A DNA stretch of 39,210 bases, from NCBI RefSeq assembly GCF_001194135.2, contig NC_068992.1, positions 18,776,196 through 18,815,405 of the forward strand, written 5' to 3'. The translations under genes were made by a program, and so were the position numbers. The notes under the pieces were generated by a model. It had not been told where the DNA came from, did not search any database, and saw nothing but the letters and a program-made list of their open reading frames with translations. Below, piece by piece: positions 23,801 through 35,021 of the stretch (its first letter is position 1; every line of letters begins with the position of its first letter). Origin of the DNA: Octopus bimaculoides. Taxonomy: Eukaryota.

Positions 23801-25569
23801 ACAACATTTAATGCAGGTAGTGGGCATGTTGCCACCCGTCATTAACTGCTGCTAACTATTATTATTTGATTTATAATTGGCGTTGTTTAACTTTCTTACA
23901 CAATCTATATAGATCGGCTTTGCAGTCCAGTTGCATTGCAGAATATTGTATTCTTGCTGAAAAATATATAATGTATAAGCAGAACAAGAGTTTGTGGACT
24001 TTATCTATCAATTCGCTCGTACAACCTTCCTATCATATGTATTCTTAATCATCGATGATTTAAACAACCTTTTTATTTATTGCCTATTTAACCTACATGG
24101 TTTTGGTTGTTCTTGCTGCCTGTGTTTTAGCGGAGGCCCTTAAACTAAACAAAGCAATTCTGAATTCTGAAAGCAATCATGATTACATAAACGATAATCC
24201 TTCCAAAGCGACTCGTTTATTATGAATGGGACAAAAGAATTACTTAAATTTGTCATTTCGAAGAGACGCTCGTCAAGGTGTGAACGTATTCGCTGAGATT
24301 CGGTTTTCAAATTCTGCGTGCATTCTTTTTCGGAAGTAAACCTTCAAGTGCTTTTCGATTTTGGTGGAAAGTCTGTGCAATGTTTGTTTTTTTTTTTTTG
24401 TTTTTTTTCTTTTTGCATAGGGGAGACCATTTAGGTCGAAACTAATCCTTTATGTACTCGTACCTCTCGTTCATTGTCATAGTTTGATTTCTTTTTTTCA
24501 AAGTGACATTCTCCAAACTATTGGTATGTTTATCAACAACGCTGAAACTGATGCTGTTTTGTGGTTTAGTGCTTGGTGTTGTTCATTTTAGATTTGCACG
24601 TTTTTGTCGTTGTTGTTTGTTTTTGTGTGTTTTCCTCTTCTTGCAGCTGTCTTAATTTTCAGGATTGATTGTTTTACGGCAATCAGAGTCGTGGCTTGAG
24701 TGCTGCTGATTACTTGAAACAATTGTTTGCATATCGTCCAAACAACATCAGCACATTTGTAGCGTATCACTTTTTTATTTTCCTACTTGATTCAATCATG
24801 AGACTGAGGCCATAAGAAAAATAATTAACAAAATCCATTTTCAAATCTTATTCCATTCTCATCAAAGACATCTACATCAATATTGTATATTAAGAAAAAA
24901 AGGCCGTAGCCGTATCTACCGCTTACAGAATACCTGTACGTGTTACGAGGAGCTACATAAGTTGCTTCTACTGACCTCCATTGAAACAAAAATTGTGCCT
25001 TTGAACATTGATCTCGTCCCAGCTTTGTATTTATGGTCGGATAGAATGGGGAGAAGTCATTAGAGATTTATTTTTAGTGACACATGATTATTTAGAGTAC
25101 ACCCGAAGTTCTCCGTTGGGAGATGGATGGACGATAAATTCGTAATTTCGATGAGTTTTAGTGGGTGCTTTCACGCTATGCTCATCAATGTGTATCTCAT
25201 ATTCATATTGCCTGCCACGTGTGACGATACATCAATTTACCAGTGCGTTGATAAGGCTTCCTACCCTTAGATATTTTACTTGCGTCTACCGGTAGATTAC
25301 GGGGGACTATCTTGCTTTCTCAAAAACGCTAGTAGAAACTTACAGAATGACTCATGTCTCGTCTTTGCTGCCAGATTTTGACATCCTTTTTTAGATATTT
25401 TTGCAGCTCTATTTTACCGACAGCTTTCACAAGCTGGTAAAATTGCATTTGTCATTGTCTATATGTTTTGCTATGGATAACGTTTCTCTTCCTTGCGATT
25501 TTGATGGCCACAACGGTGCGGGTGTTGTTTGAAATATTAGCATTTGTATTCTTCAGGATAAACTTGTTG

Positions 25570-25725
25570 ATGACGTTGATAATGATGATAATGACGATGA
25601 TGTTAATAATGATCATGATGACGATGACAATGATGATGATAATGATGATGATGATGATGATGATGACGACGATGAAGACGATGACGATGATGATGATGAT
25701 AATGATGATGAGGATGATGTGAAGA
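25570..25725. repeat. Imperfect (GAT)n trinucleotide repeat
   Basis: Directly visible. Confidence 0.92.
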
Positions 25726-26259
25726 TGTTGATGGGGATGACGATGTTAAAAGGTAAAATCCTATATTCTGATATGGCTCTTGATTTCGACAAAATCATTG
25801 TTCCAATAATTTAGAAATTTCTATTCGAAATTCAATTTCCTGTTTGTTTGGGGAGACTTACGTGAATCAATTTTTCTCAGGAAATGTGAGTGCCTCGTCC
25901 CTCCTTTCATAAGCATTCAGAAGAATATTCTACATCTACAGATAGAAGACGAAGAGTATGAAAAAAAGACGGATGGGAGAGAAAAACTAATAAACAAAAG
26001 AAGAACGATTGTAAACTATGTAAAAGAAACTGGAGAGAGTGTGAGTATGTGCATACTTATAAATAAACACACATACGTATGTAGATGTGTGTGTGTATGT
26101 GTGTATATGTAAAAGCACCTATGTATGTATAAGTACGTTCGTGCATGTGTACATGAATGTACGAAAGAATAAAATAAGAACTAAATCTGAAAGATAAAGA
26201 ATGAAGAGTTTGCAACAACAGAGGTTGAAGAAAATAAAGTGAGGGAGTCATAAGATGCG

Positions 26260-26455
26260 GTGGTGGCTGTGATGATGACAATCATAATGATGATGATGAT
26301 GATGTTGATGATGTTGATGATGTTGATGTTGGTGGTGGTGGTGTTGGCGTTGGTGGTGGTGTTGGTGGTGGTAGTGTTGGTGTTGAGAGTGGTGGTGGTG
26401 ATGGTGGTGGTTTTGATGGTGGTGGTGCTTGTGTTGATGATGATGATGATGTGAA
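26260..26455. repeat. Cryptic (GAT)/(GTT)/(GGT) trinucleotide mosaic
   Basis: Directly visible. Confidence 0.9.
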
Positions 26456-26689
26456 AGACGACAAGAAAATGGACGTGGAATGGAGATGATAGTTGTCGAA
26501 GGAGACAGGAAAATGATATGGAAAAACAAAAAAAGTAAGAAAACGGTGATGTTGATTGATTAAACATACGTAATGCAGTGAGCAGAAGACAATTATCAAT
26601 ATTGTGAACATGGAAAAAAAAAATAACACAAAAACAATAACATATCTGAAGCATTAACATCAACAATATGAAAGAGAAAATGGAAAGAA

Positions 26690-26870
26690 AACTTAATAAC
26701 AACAATGATAAAGATAATGATGATGACGAATGTGATAGTGATGCTGATGTTAATATCAACAACAATAACAATAATAATAACAACAACAGTAATAATAATA
26801 ACAATAAAAAAATAAAAAAATAATAATAATAATAATAATAATAACAGCAACAATGACGACAACAACGGAG
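26690..26870. repeat. Imperfect (AAT/AAC)n repeat
   Basis: Directly visible. Confidence 0.85.
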
Positions 26871-27000
26871 GGAAACGGAAATCTAAACTACGACATGAGA
26901 GAAGATTAATAAAAGAAATAATTTATTGGTAATAAGAAAATATATAATCTTTGCCTGTTTGATAATATTTTCGTGCTTTCGTTTTTTTCTTATTTTTATA

Positions 27001-27033
<33 letters not shown>

Positions 27034-27369
27034 AATAATTCAGGCAAGTAACGGATATAATAAAAGATATATCTAAGAATGACTTTTCCATTGACGTTTG
27101 CTCCTTGTCATAATTTCCTGGTATATAATTATAGTCAATACTGGAAAAAAAAAGCGAAACTAAAAAAAAAACAAAGCAAAAACGAAACAAAATTAGAAAA
27201 CAAAAGAATAGCAAGTAACAGGTTGCCTTCTCTGCATGATATAGGAGAATCGGATTAATAGCTGTGCTGTAGAGTGTTGTTATGGTGTAGCAGCTCTTAA
27301 AGTTGTACATTACATCCACTTACAATACATTGGTTACTACGAAGGAAGACGAATATAAATCATTTTTTA

Positions 27370-27400
27370 AATATATATATATACATACATATATATATAT

Positions 27401-27478
<78 letters not shown>
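27370..27478. repeat. (TA)n microsatellite
   Basis: Directly visible. Confidence 0.95.
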
Positions 27479-27836
27479 GCGTGTGTATTTGCATGTGCTG
27501 GTACGCCTGAGTGTGTATGCGGGCGTGTAACTATTTAAAGATTATTAGGTGTCAGGGAGTCAATGTATAAAACGACCAGAAATAGCTATTCAATTCACTG
27601 CAATTCAATTCATTCTTATGGTTATATCAGGTAGAATAGATTATGACCTACACCAATTGTATTGCTCCCGCAATTATATGATGGACTCTAACCTATGTTT
27701 ATTTCTCAAGACTAAAAACCTCGTCTTCATCAACGTCCCGATATCGGTAAGGTTTCTTTCTCGAACTCTTATTCTATTGCATTGTTGTAGAATGCTCGTC
27801 TGTTGTTCATTGTAAAGTTCATTTTACATTTGTGAG

Positions 27837-27844
<8 letters not shown>

Positions 27845-27899
<55 letters not shown>
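27845..27899. repeat. (TG)n microsatellite
   Basis: Directly visible. Confidence 0.95.
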
Positions 27900-27902
<3 letters not shown>

Positions 27903-27974
27903 TGAATATGCTGTGCATGTGTAAAAGCACAATTTATAATTGCCTCGAGTTATTTCAATTATTCTTTCCTCCCA

Positions 27975-28396
27975 NNNNNNNNNNNNNNNNNNNNNNNNNN
28001 NNNNNNNNNNNNNNNNNNNNNNNNNNNNNNNNNNNNNNNNNNNNNNNNNNNNNNNNNNNNNNNNNNNNNNNNNNNNNNNNNNNNNNNNNNNNNNNNNNNN
28101 NNNNNNNNNNNNNNNNNNNNNNNNNNNNNNNNNNNNNNNNNNNNNNNNNNNNNNNNNNNNNNNNNNNNNNNNNNNNNNNNNNNNNNNNNNNNNNNNNNNN
28201 NNNNNNNNNNNNNNNNNNNNNNNNNNNNNNNNNNNNNNNNNNNNNNNNNNNNNNNNNNNNNNNNNNNNNNNNNNNNNNNNNNNNNNNNNNNNNNNNNNNN
28301 NNNNNNNNNNNNNNNNNNNNNNNNNNNNNNNNNNNNNNNNNNNNNNNNNNNNNNNNNNNNNNNNNNNNNNNNNNNNNNNNNNNNNNNNNNNNNNNN
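27975..28396. other. Assembly gap
   Basis: N block, not flanked by microsatellite; adjoins the Penelope remnant. Confidence 0.98.
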
Positions 28397-28429
28397 GTAG
28401 AAAATGCTAAATTAAATGCATCATGAAAT

Positions 28430-29470
28430 ACATTATGTAATGATTAGTACCGGTTTCTCTCAACATTCTCTTCAAAGGTCTCAAATTTACACCCACTCCA
28501 CAACGTCTAAACTACAAAGAAATTAAAGGGGACGTTGCAGAATTCTTTAGATAATTACAACTCGCCGAGCAACTATACGACAAATACAATGAGGACGAAT
28601 CGTTAAACAGAATTAGAAGTAACTATACCCCATCAGAGCCTAAGCACAAAATCCTCGACCATTTCTGTGAACACAGTACGAATTATTCATATAAACATAT
28701 ACACAGACGAAAATACAAGCGAAACTTCAGCTAGAACGAATGGGTTGAGCTGAATAAATTAAAAGTTGATAAAACATTAGCAATGAAAGAGGCTGATAAA
28801 AGGAGAGCAGTATCCTTAATGGACATGTAATATTATATAACTCTAGTGCTATCCATATTAGAAGACACAACATACTGTGAAATGGCCCGACACTTTAGTC
28901 AGCAGAAAATAACGAGAAGCCTATACACTCTGAAAAATTCCTACAGTGAAGGACTCACCGACAAGGAATACTATTACTTTATTACTAAATTGCAAAGCAA
29001 ATCCAGTCAATTTTAGGGTATTCCTAACATACACAAAATTGAAAAGGTAAGTGACGCATGCAGCGGAGCCACAGATATAATGATCAAAGTACCTCCACCT
29101 AAAGACCTCAGATTAAGACGTATAATAGCAAGCACTGCATGTGAAACTCACCGCTTCAGCAATGTTTTAGACACCTTTTAAAACCATTCCTCGAGCATAT
29201 CAAGATCTACACACGAGACGATCTACATATGCTCAACCATGTGTCTGAAACAATTGGGAAAAATGTCCTACTAGTACCCTTCGATATAGTCAGTCTGTAC
29301 TGTAATATCCCCCATAATCTAGGAATAGAGGCAATCCAATCCCGGCTAGAGAATAACTCCAATGAACTTCCATACAGCATCAACAAAGAATTCGTAGTAG
29401 AAGGGCTAAAATTCATCTTGGAGAATACATTCTTCGTATTCAATGACAACTTCTATCGACAAAAATTGAA
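28430..29470 (+). mobile_element. Penelope-like element, degenerate N-terminal region and RT (truncated before GTAMG)
   Basis: MKEADKRRAVSLMD (cf. IKxADKGxAVVIMD), DTTYCE, GIPNIHK, LRLRRIIAS..CETHRFS, and LVPFDIVSLYCNIPHNLGIEAI..FILENTFFVFNDNFYRQK; a different subfamily from 17690-18400. Confidence 0.9.
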
Positions 29471-29504
29471 GAGTACAGATAGATGTAGACATCTATTTGC
29501 ATAT

Positions 29505-29522
29505 ACAGAGAGAGAGAGAGAA

Positions 29523-29559
<37 letters not shown>

Positions 29560-29570
29560 AAGAGAGAGAG

Positions 29571-29646
<76 letters not shown>

Positions 29647-29685
29647 GCGAGCACGCACACACACACAGATAGACACAGATAGACG
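29505..29685. repeat. (GA)n-(TA)n-(GA)n compound microsatellite
   Basis: Directly visible. Confidence 0.95.
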
Positions 29686-30214
29686 GGCTGTGCCATCAGA
29701 CTGAAACTAAGCATATGTTAATATAACATCATTTGGAAATCATTCAGTCAATCATAACTTACATGTATATTTACGAAGTTTGGAGATTATGAATTTGCTT
29801 CGTCAAAACAGGATTGCTACCATAATAATAATGAATTTAGTCCAAGCGATCATTTTAATAATCGCTAAACTGAAACCAAAATTTGTTTTGTTTAGTATTA
29901 CGTATGCATTGGAAACATATTTCGCAAGTTACATAACTGCGTCGATGTGTGAATCTGCTCGCATGATTTTAGTATAGAATCCTATTAAACTTTTTTCTTG
30001 AACTATCGTACAATACTCACACATTCAACGGAATCAATTTAAAGAATTATAATGATATATTTTTTAAAGCATGAGTGCAAAAGGAAGATGCTTGACAGCA
30101 ACATTTCCTTTGGCAACTTCACAGTGCCTTTAAGCAGTCGAATGCTTAATTTAAAAAAAAATATTATGTAAAGAAATATTCCTTTTCTAATCTTGGAACT
30201 GGTGATATATAAAT

Positions 30215-30223
30215 GTATGTTTG

Positions 30224-30257
<34 letters not shown>

Positions 30258-30442
30258 TGTATGTATGTATGTATGTATGTATGTCATTGTTCAGTTTTAT
30301 TTCAAGATTTCTTGCCATGTATGTATGTATGTATGTACGTATGTATGCATGTACGTATGTATGAATGCCTGTACATATGTATGCATGTATGTTTGTACTC
30401 ATCATCTATTCATATTATTCATTTATTTTGTATAATTTTCCC

Positions 30443-30477
<35 letters not shown>

Positions 30478-30498
30478 ATATCTGTATGTAAGTATGGA

Positions 30499-30542
<44 letters not shown>

Positions 30543-30562
30543 TGTATGTATGTATGTATGAA
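30215..30562. repeat. (TATG)n and (TA)n arrays
   Basis: Directly visible. Confidence 0.92.
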
Positions 30563-31269
30563 TGTCTATAAATATGTAGGTATATGCAGAGAAAACAAGG
30601 TGGGGACAGAGAGAGACTGACATATGTGGTTTGGATACGCTTGTTTTTGTATGTATGCGTATGTAGAAATATTGCTTCGCATCATATATAACATTTCACA
30701 TTTCGGGATGTAAGCCAAATGTTGCTCTTTGTTCTCTTTAAACATTTTTTTTACCAATATTAATTTTAGTCACGAAATATTGTTGGAATCAACAAACCCA
30801 ATATTTGAATGTTTGAGCAAAACCACAATATATCAGAATTTTCCTCGAATTCCGAGTATGTAAAGACTGATATAATACCCTATAGAATATCGTTCTTAAT
30901 GGAAGAAAAGATTAACCAAAAATGGTATTCAGTATATGTCAAAATCAGAAGAGATTCTGGTAATGTAACACATTGGAGATATAGATGCTTAAATAAGAAA
31001 TAATTAAGGATTCAAAAACACCTTGGATTACTGTTGTTCAAAGATCAACGCTTTGGATACTTACCAAGGTTTTACACATGATAGGTGTTAAGTGTTAGCT
31101 TGGAAGGCATTTTCTTAATTACAAGATTCAGTATAGAATTAAACTTACAAGAAGTTTTGTTTTTAAATAAGCCCTTACTGTTATCGTTATCATTTTGGAA
31201 ATAACAATTAAACCGTAGATAAATTCTAGATAATCTGAAACGTGAAAGAATATCCAATCACTACTAGGA

Positions 31270-31325
31270 GACACGGCCCATTGTTTTCTCAGATATAGAT
31301 TTTGCGGGAGGCATTAGCCAGAAAC
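31270..31325 (+). mobile_element. Tiny RT fragment (RTE-like DLDFADD region)
   Basis: FSDIDFAGGIS resembles LxDLDFADDIA; too short for certainty. Confidence 0.25.
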
Positions 31326-31483
31326 ATATAATTTTCTTCTACAATGAGACGGTGAATTTCATTGTTGAAGAATTGTATAACATTTGTCTAAATTTTTGAG
31401 ATGCGAAACCATCATTTATTTCACATCGTTGTATTTGGAGCTTGCATACTCGCATGCAAGCACGCTCACTCGCCAGCACGCAT

Positions 31484-31500
31484 GCACACACACACACGCA

Positions 31501-31561
<61 letters not shown>
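31484..31561. repeat. (CA)n microsatellite
   Basis: Directly visible. Confidence 0.95.
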
Positions 31562-31564
<3 letters not shown>

Positions 31565-31644
31565 TTTTAATGTCACAAGGTTTCTGCAGCAGTGAACGTA
31601 GTATCCCGAGGCATCCTAGAAGTATCGAACCGAACTTTTAACAT

Positions 31645-31848
31645 AATCCTTTCTACTAAATGCACAAAGCCTGAAGACTTGTCGATTGCATTGACGCCAG
31701 TATTTTACTCCTACTTAATTTGTCGGCCCCCGAAAGGATGAAAAGCAAAGTTGACCTCAGCGGAATTTGAACTGAGAACGTAGCGACGGGCGAAATACCG
31801 TTAAACATTTCGTTCAGCGTGCTAACAATTCTACCAGCTCACCGCCTT
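31645..31848 (-). mobile_element. Family-1 SINE, tail type B
   Basis: AATCCTTTCTACTAAATGCACAAAGCC..CCCGAAAGGATGAAAAGCAAAGTTGACCTCAGCGGAATTTGAACTGAGAACG..GCGTGCTAAC..CCAGCTCACCGCC. Confidence 0.88.
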
Positions 31849-32189
31849 CTAAATCTTTTACATAATGATCCAAGGTGGATTATTGTCATTCAGTTTTGTA
31901 TACTGGCAATATTCTCCTGGTTGTTATTCCGCTATGTGTCTTGTCTCTAACTCACTCCTCTTAAACTGGATTATATATACATTGTTTTTTTTTCTGTAAT
32001 AGACTTGATTGCCGACAAAGAAACTACAACACCTAATTATAATTCACGCTTATATTTATTACATCATTATCCTATAACATTGCTTACAAAAGGAAAACTA
32101 TATTCATTCAGTGAAAAATGGAATCTAACATTTTAGAGTCGGTATCGTCGCCGCCAGGGAAATAACCAAAATGTTTTACTGTTTCTTAA

Positions 32190-32922
32190 TTCTTTCTTTC
32201 TTTATCGAGGCATCACCCCGTCAGATCGATTGCTCGGGCCAGCCTGACTACCTCTTTCCGTCCCTCCCGATCTTTCATTAGTGTTTTTTTATTTCTTTAT
32301 TGACCACAAGAGGCTAAACATAGAGGGGACAAACAAGGACAGACAAACGGATTAAGTCGATTACATCGACCCCAGTGCGTAACTGGTACTTAATTTATCG
32401 ACCCCGAAAGGATGAAAGGCAAAGTCGACCTCGACGGAATTTGAACTCAGAACGTCACGGCAGACGAAATAACGCTAAGCATTTCGCTCGGCGTGCTAAC
32501 GTTTCTGCCAGCTCGCCGCCTTAATCTTCCATTAGTGTTTTTAGGTCTTCAACGTGGCATCCAACATCTACAATCTGTTGTATATACTTCTTCCGTAGTC
32601 TTCCAGCCGCTGTGGTATCATAATTTGGTGTACACAGCAAACACATTACTCACAAATAATTAGAACAATATGGAAGTCAATCTTACAATATAAATTGAAG
32701 AGACAGTTCTTCAGAGCAATTGCTGAATCTGTGCTTGTATATAGATCTCCGACTTGGATCCTCACCAAGAGACTCAGGTGCATGCTGTACGGTGCCAACC
32801 CAAGAATGTTATGTGCAGTGCTCAACATCTCTCGGAGGGAGCACCCAACAAACAACCATCAACCATCTAAGAACGGAGATTGAGATTTGCTGGCCACTGC
32901 TGGAGATGTAAAGAAGAGATTG
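32190..32922. mobile_element. RTE-like LINE 3' end with an inverted 5' segment, interrupted by a SINE
   Basis: Plus 32659-32922: IRTIWKS..KLKRQFFRAIAESVLVYRSPTWILTKRL..LNISRREHPTN..ERRLRFAGHCWRCKEEI. Minus 32655-32210: VSNV..CTPNYDTTAAGRLRKKYIQQIVDVGCHVEDLKTLMED|REGRKEVVRLARA, then an (AAAG)-like tail. Confidence 0.8.
32289..32523 (-). mobile_element. Young full-length family-1 SINE, tail type A, with a 19-bp TSD
   Basis: Near-consensus sequence; flanked by ATCTTTCATTAGTGTTTTT (32270-32288) and ATCTTCCATTAGTGTTTTT (32524-32542), one mismatch. Confidence 0.95.
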
Positions 32923-33389
32923 AATAATTCTAATACGATAGACTTGTGATCAATGAGAGTAGAACAACATCTAATGTGTGTGTTTTTTTATATGAGAAAG
33001 GCAATTGCTATATACGAAAGACTGAGCTGCGATTTCTCACCGGTCTAGAATAGAGTCCCATGTTGAATAATTTAGCTGCGTGAGCGTATGGAACCGAGAA
33101 GAGAATGAATTATTACATGAAATTAAATGGTAAATCATATAAACACGACCCAAAGAAAATACAGTTTTGTTTATATTTTGACTGTATATTTGTTTATATT
33201 TTCAAGTAGTGCTTTAAGTATTTCCATTAAAAACAATCGACAGTATAAGTAAGAAAAATTCTAATGTTCTGAAACAAAATATATGGCTTGTGTCGTTTTG
33301 GTTTCTGTCAATTCCAATGAAATATTTCATGTAAGCGAATCGTACATAAGATTCAAATGAAAATGTCACAATATTTAGTTGTTATAAGA

Positions 33390-33660
33390 ATTCTGGAGAA
33401 CGTGTATCATTCTCATCGGCGCTAGTGGTATTAATATCCTCGTGAGTCAATCAAACTGCAACCCTAATTTCTTCGCCATTGTAGCTACTTTCGCTTCATT
33501 ACCGCATCCATCCTCCGACGAATCAAATGCAATCTCTTATCGCCATATAGTTCGGTTCACAGAAGGTTATCCAATTCACTTAGTATTTCACACCATTATC
33601 TAAATACGTTATGTACTGCAGCGGTAAATGTTCGGCGAATTATGATAAATAACCCGTGGT
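33390..33660 (+). mobile_element. Possible decayed mariner remnant
   Basis: LPHPSSDESNAISYRHIVR has the spacing of LPHPPYSPDLAPSDYHLFR; otherwise weak. Confidence 0.3.
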
Positions 33661-34432
33661 TTAGCTTCACGTTTGCTTTGGACGTATTTACTTCCTTAAA
33701 TAATGCCTTTGGAAATACTAATGCTTAAATTAATCTTCTTATCGATTTTAATCCATACCTTAATCTCAAAGAAATAGTATTAAATCTTCTGTTTGCTTTT
33801 CGTTTATATTTCATATTCATATTCACTTACATAGTTGCCTTGATTACAAATTTAATTCAAAATGCGCTCACCAGAAGCCTTCTTACATTGAAAAAATTAA
33901 AATTATGTAAAATTAAAAGACAAAAACCTAAATTTCTTCTTCCGTCCTCTTTAGTTTATTGATTAACATCTGTTGCCAAACTATTTCCAATATTTTGTGA
34001 CAACAGAATTGATATTCTATCCTTCTGTCTTTATAATATCGTACATATATCTTTATGAGTTTGGTTTTTCACTCTAATATAATATTGAAAGTATTTATTC
34101 TGTTGATACAGTGAGGGTTGACCGGTAGCAGAAACTCGGTTTCTTTTCCAGATATTAGCAAAGATCTTTCAAGTTTCTGTGTTCCTAAGTGGAGTACCTA
34201 TAATGTGATCCGTCTTCGCAAACAAAACTCCACAGAGCATAGTGCTACACATCTTACCAAAACATTTCCTATATTTGAGAATGATCCAGCAGGTGAAGCT
34301 TTGGCTCACTCTATTTTTCAGGCGTCACTCCTTTCATGTCCTGTTCATAGCTTGGAAAGATATTCTGTCTTTACATGCCGACGTACTCGAGATGCATTAT
34401 GTATGCCGTCTAATTTGTTTGGCAATTTTGAG

Positions 34433-34540
34433 AGAAAGGGGAAATTGTCTGGCAATTTTGAACTCAGAACGTAGCGGCAGATGAAATACTGCTAAGCATT
34501 TCGGCCGGCGTACAAACGCTTCTGCCAAGCTCGCCGCCTT
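34433..34540 (-). mobile_element. Family-1 SINE head fragment
   Basis: TTTGAACTCAGAACGTAGCGGCAGATGAAATACTGCTAAGCATTTCG..CTGCCAAGCTCGCCGCCTT. Confidence 0.88.
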
Positions 34541-34581
34541 ACAATTTATAGATATTTTCAACACTAATTAACAATAGGTCG

Positions 34582-34614
34582 CCAGAGTGTGTTTCGTTGT
34601 CAATTCATCAGTGG
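34582..34614 (-). ncRNA. Decayed minimal type-I hammerhead-ribozyme-like motif
   Basis: Minus strand CCA-CUGAUGA-AUUGACAAC-GAAA-CACAC-UC-UGG: all core nucleotides in order with a 3-bp stem I; pairs 10.1-11.1 (A.C) and 15.2-16.2 (C.C) are mismatched. Confidence 0.35.
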
Positions 34615-34777
34615 GTCCCCAAATTCAGACTATACAACTACCATGACATAAGCATTAGAAATGAGGAGGACATTAGATAAGTGTACTGTGTTAGAAACAA
34701 TTTCAAAATTCAAATATTTACCTTTGCCGAAATCAAATATTTTTTTTTCAAAACTACTTTTAATAGACAGAACTCAT

Positions 34778-34916
34778 ATTCAAATTCCGCCGAGTTCGAC
34801 TGCCTTTCATCATTTTGGGGTCGATAAAATTTTTACCAGTTGAACATTGAGTTTCAAGTAAACAACCTACCCGTTCCCACGAAATTGCTGTCTTTGTTCC
34901 AAAATTTGAAATCAAT
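34778..34916 (+). mobile_element. Family-1 SINE, 5'-truncated, tail type C
   Basis: TTCAAATTCCGCCGAGTTCGACTGCCTTTCATCATTTTGGGGTCGATAAAA..GAAATTGCTGTCTTTGTTCCAAAATTTGAAATCAAT. Confidence 0.82.
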
Positions 34917-34930
34917 ATACTGACATTACC

Positions 34931-35021
34931 AAGGCGGCTAGCTTGCAGAATCGATAACACACCGGCTAAAACTGCTTAGCGGCATTTTGGCAGTCTTTAT
35001 GTGCCTAGTTCAATTTCCGCC
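34931..35021 (+). mobile_element. Family-1 SINE head fragment
   Basis: AAGGCGGCTAGCTTGCAGAATCG..CCGGCTAAAACTGCTTAGCGGCATTTTG..GTTCAATTTCCGCC. Confidence 0.8.

Noticed and set aside
24097-24225. Signal-peptide-like 42-aa ORF MVLVVLAACVLAEALKLN..
   Set aside because: Short and single-exon, with no promoter, splice or homology support; expected by chance in T/G-rich sequence.
25468-26865. Poly-Met, His-rich and Pro/Ser-rich ORFs
   Set aside because: Cryptic trinucleotide repeats lacking stops by composition; no domain or splice support.
27200-27319. STAINPILLY resembling the GPCR TM7 NPxxY motif
   Set aside because: Spacing is NPxxxY, there are no other TM helices or supporting exons, and the ORF runs into low-complexity sequence.
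30809-31003. 64-aa plus-strand ORF MFEQNHNISEF..RCLNKK
   Set aside because: No recognisable domain or convincing splice pair; within the chance range.
34118-34474. 118-aa ORF MTGSRNSVSF..
   Set aside because: No homology recognised, non-ATG start, and the 3' part runs into a SINE.
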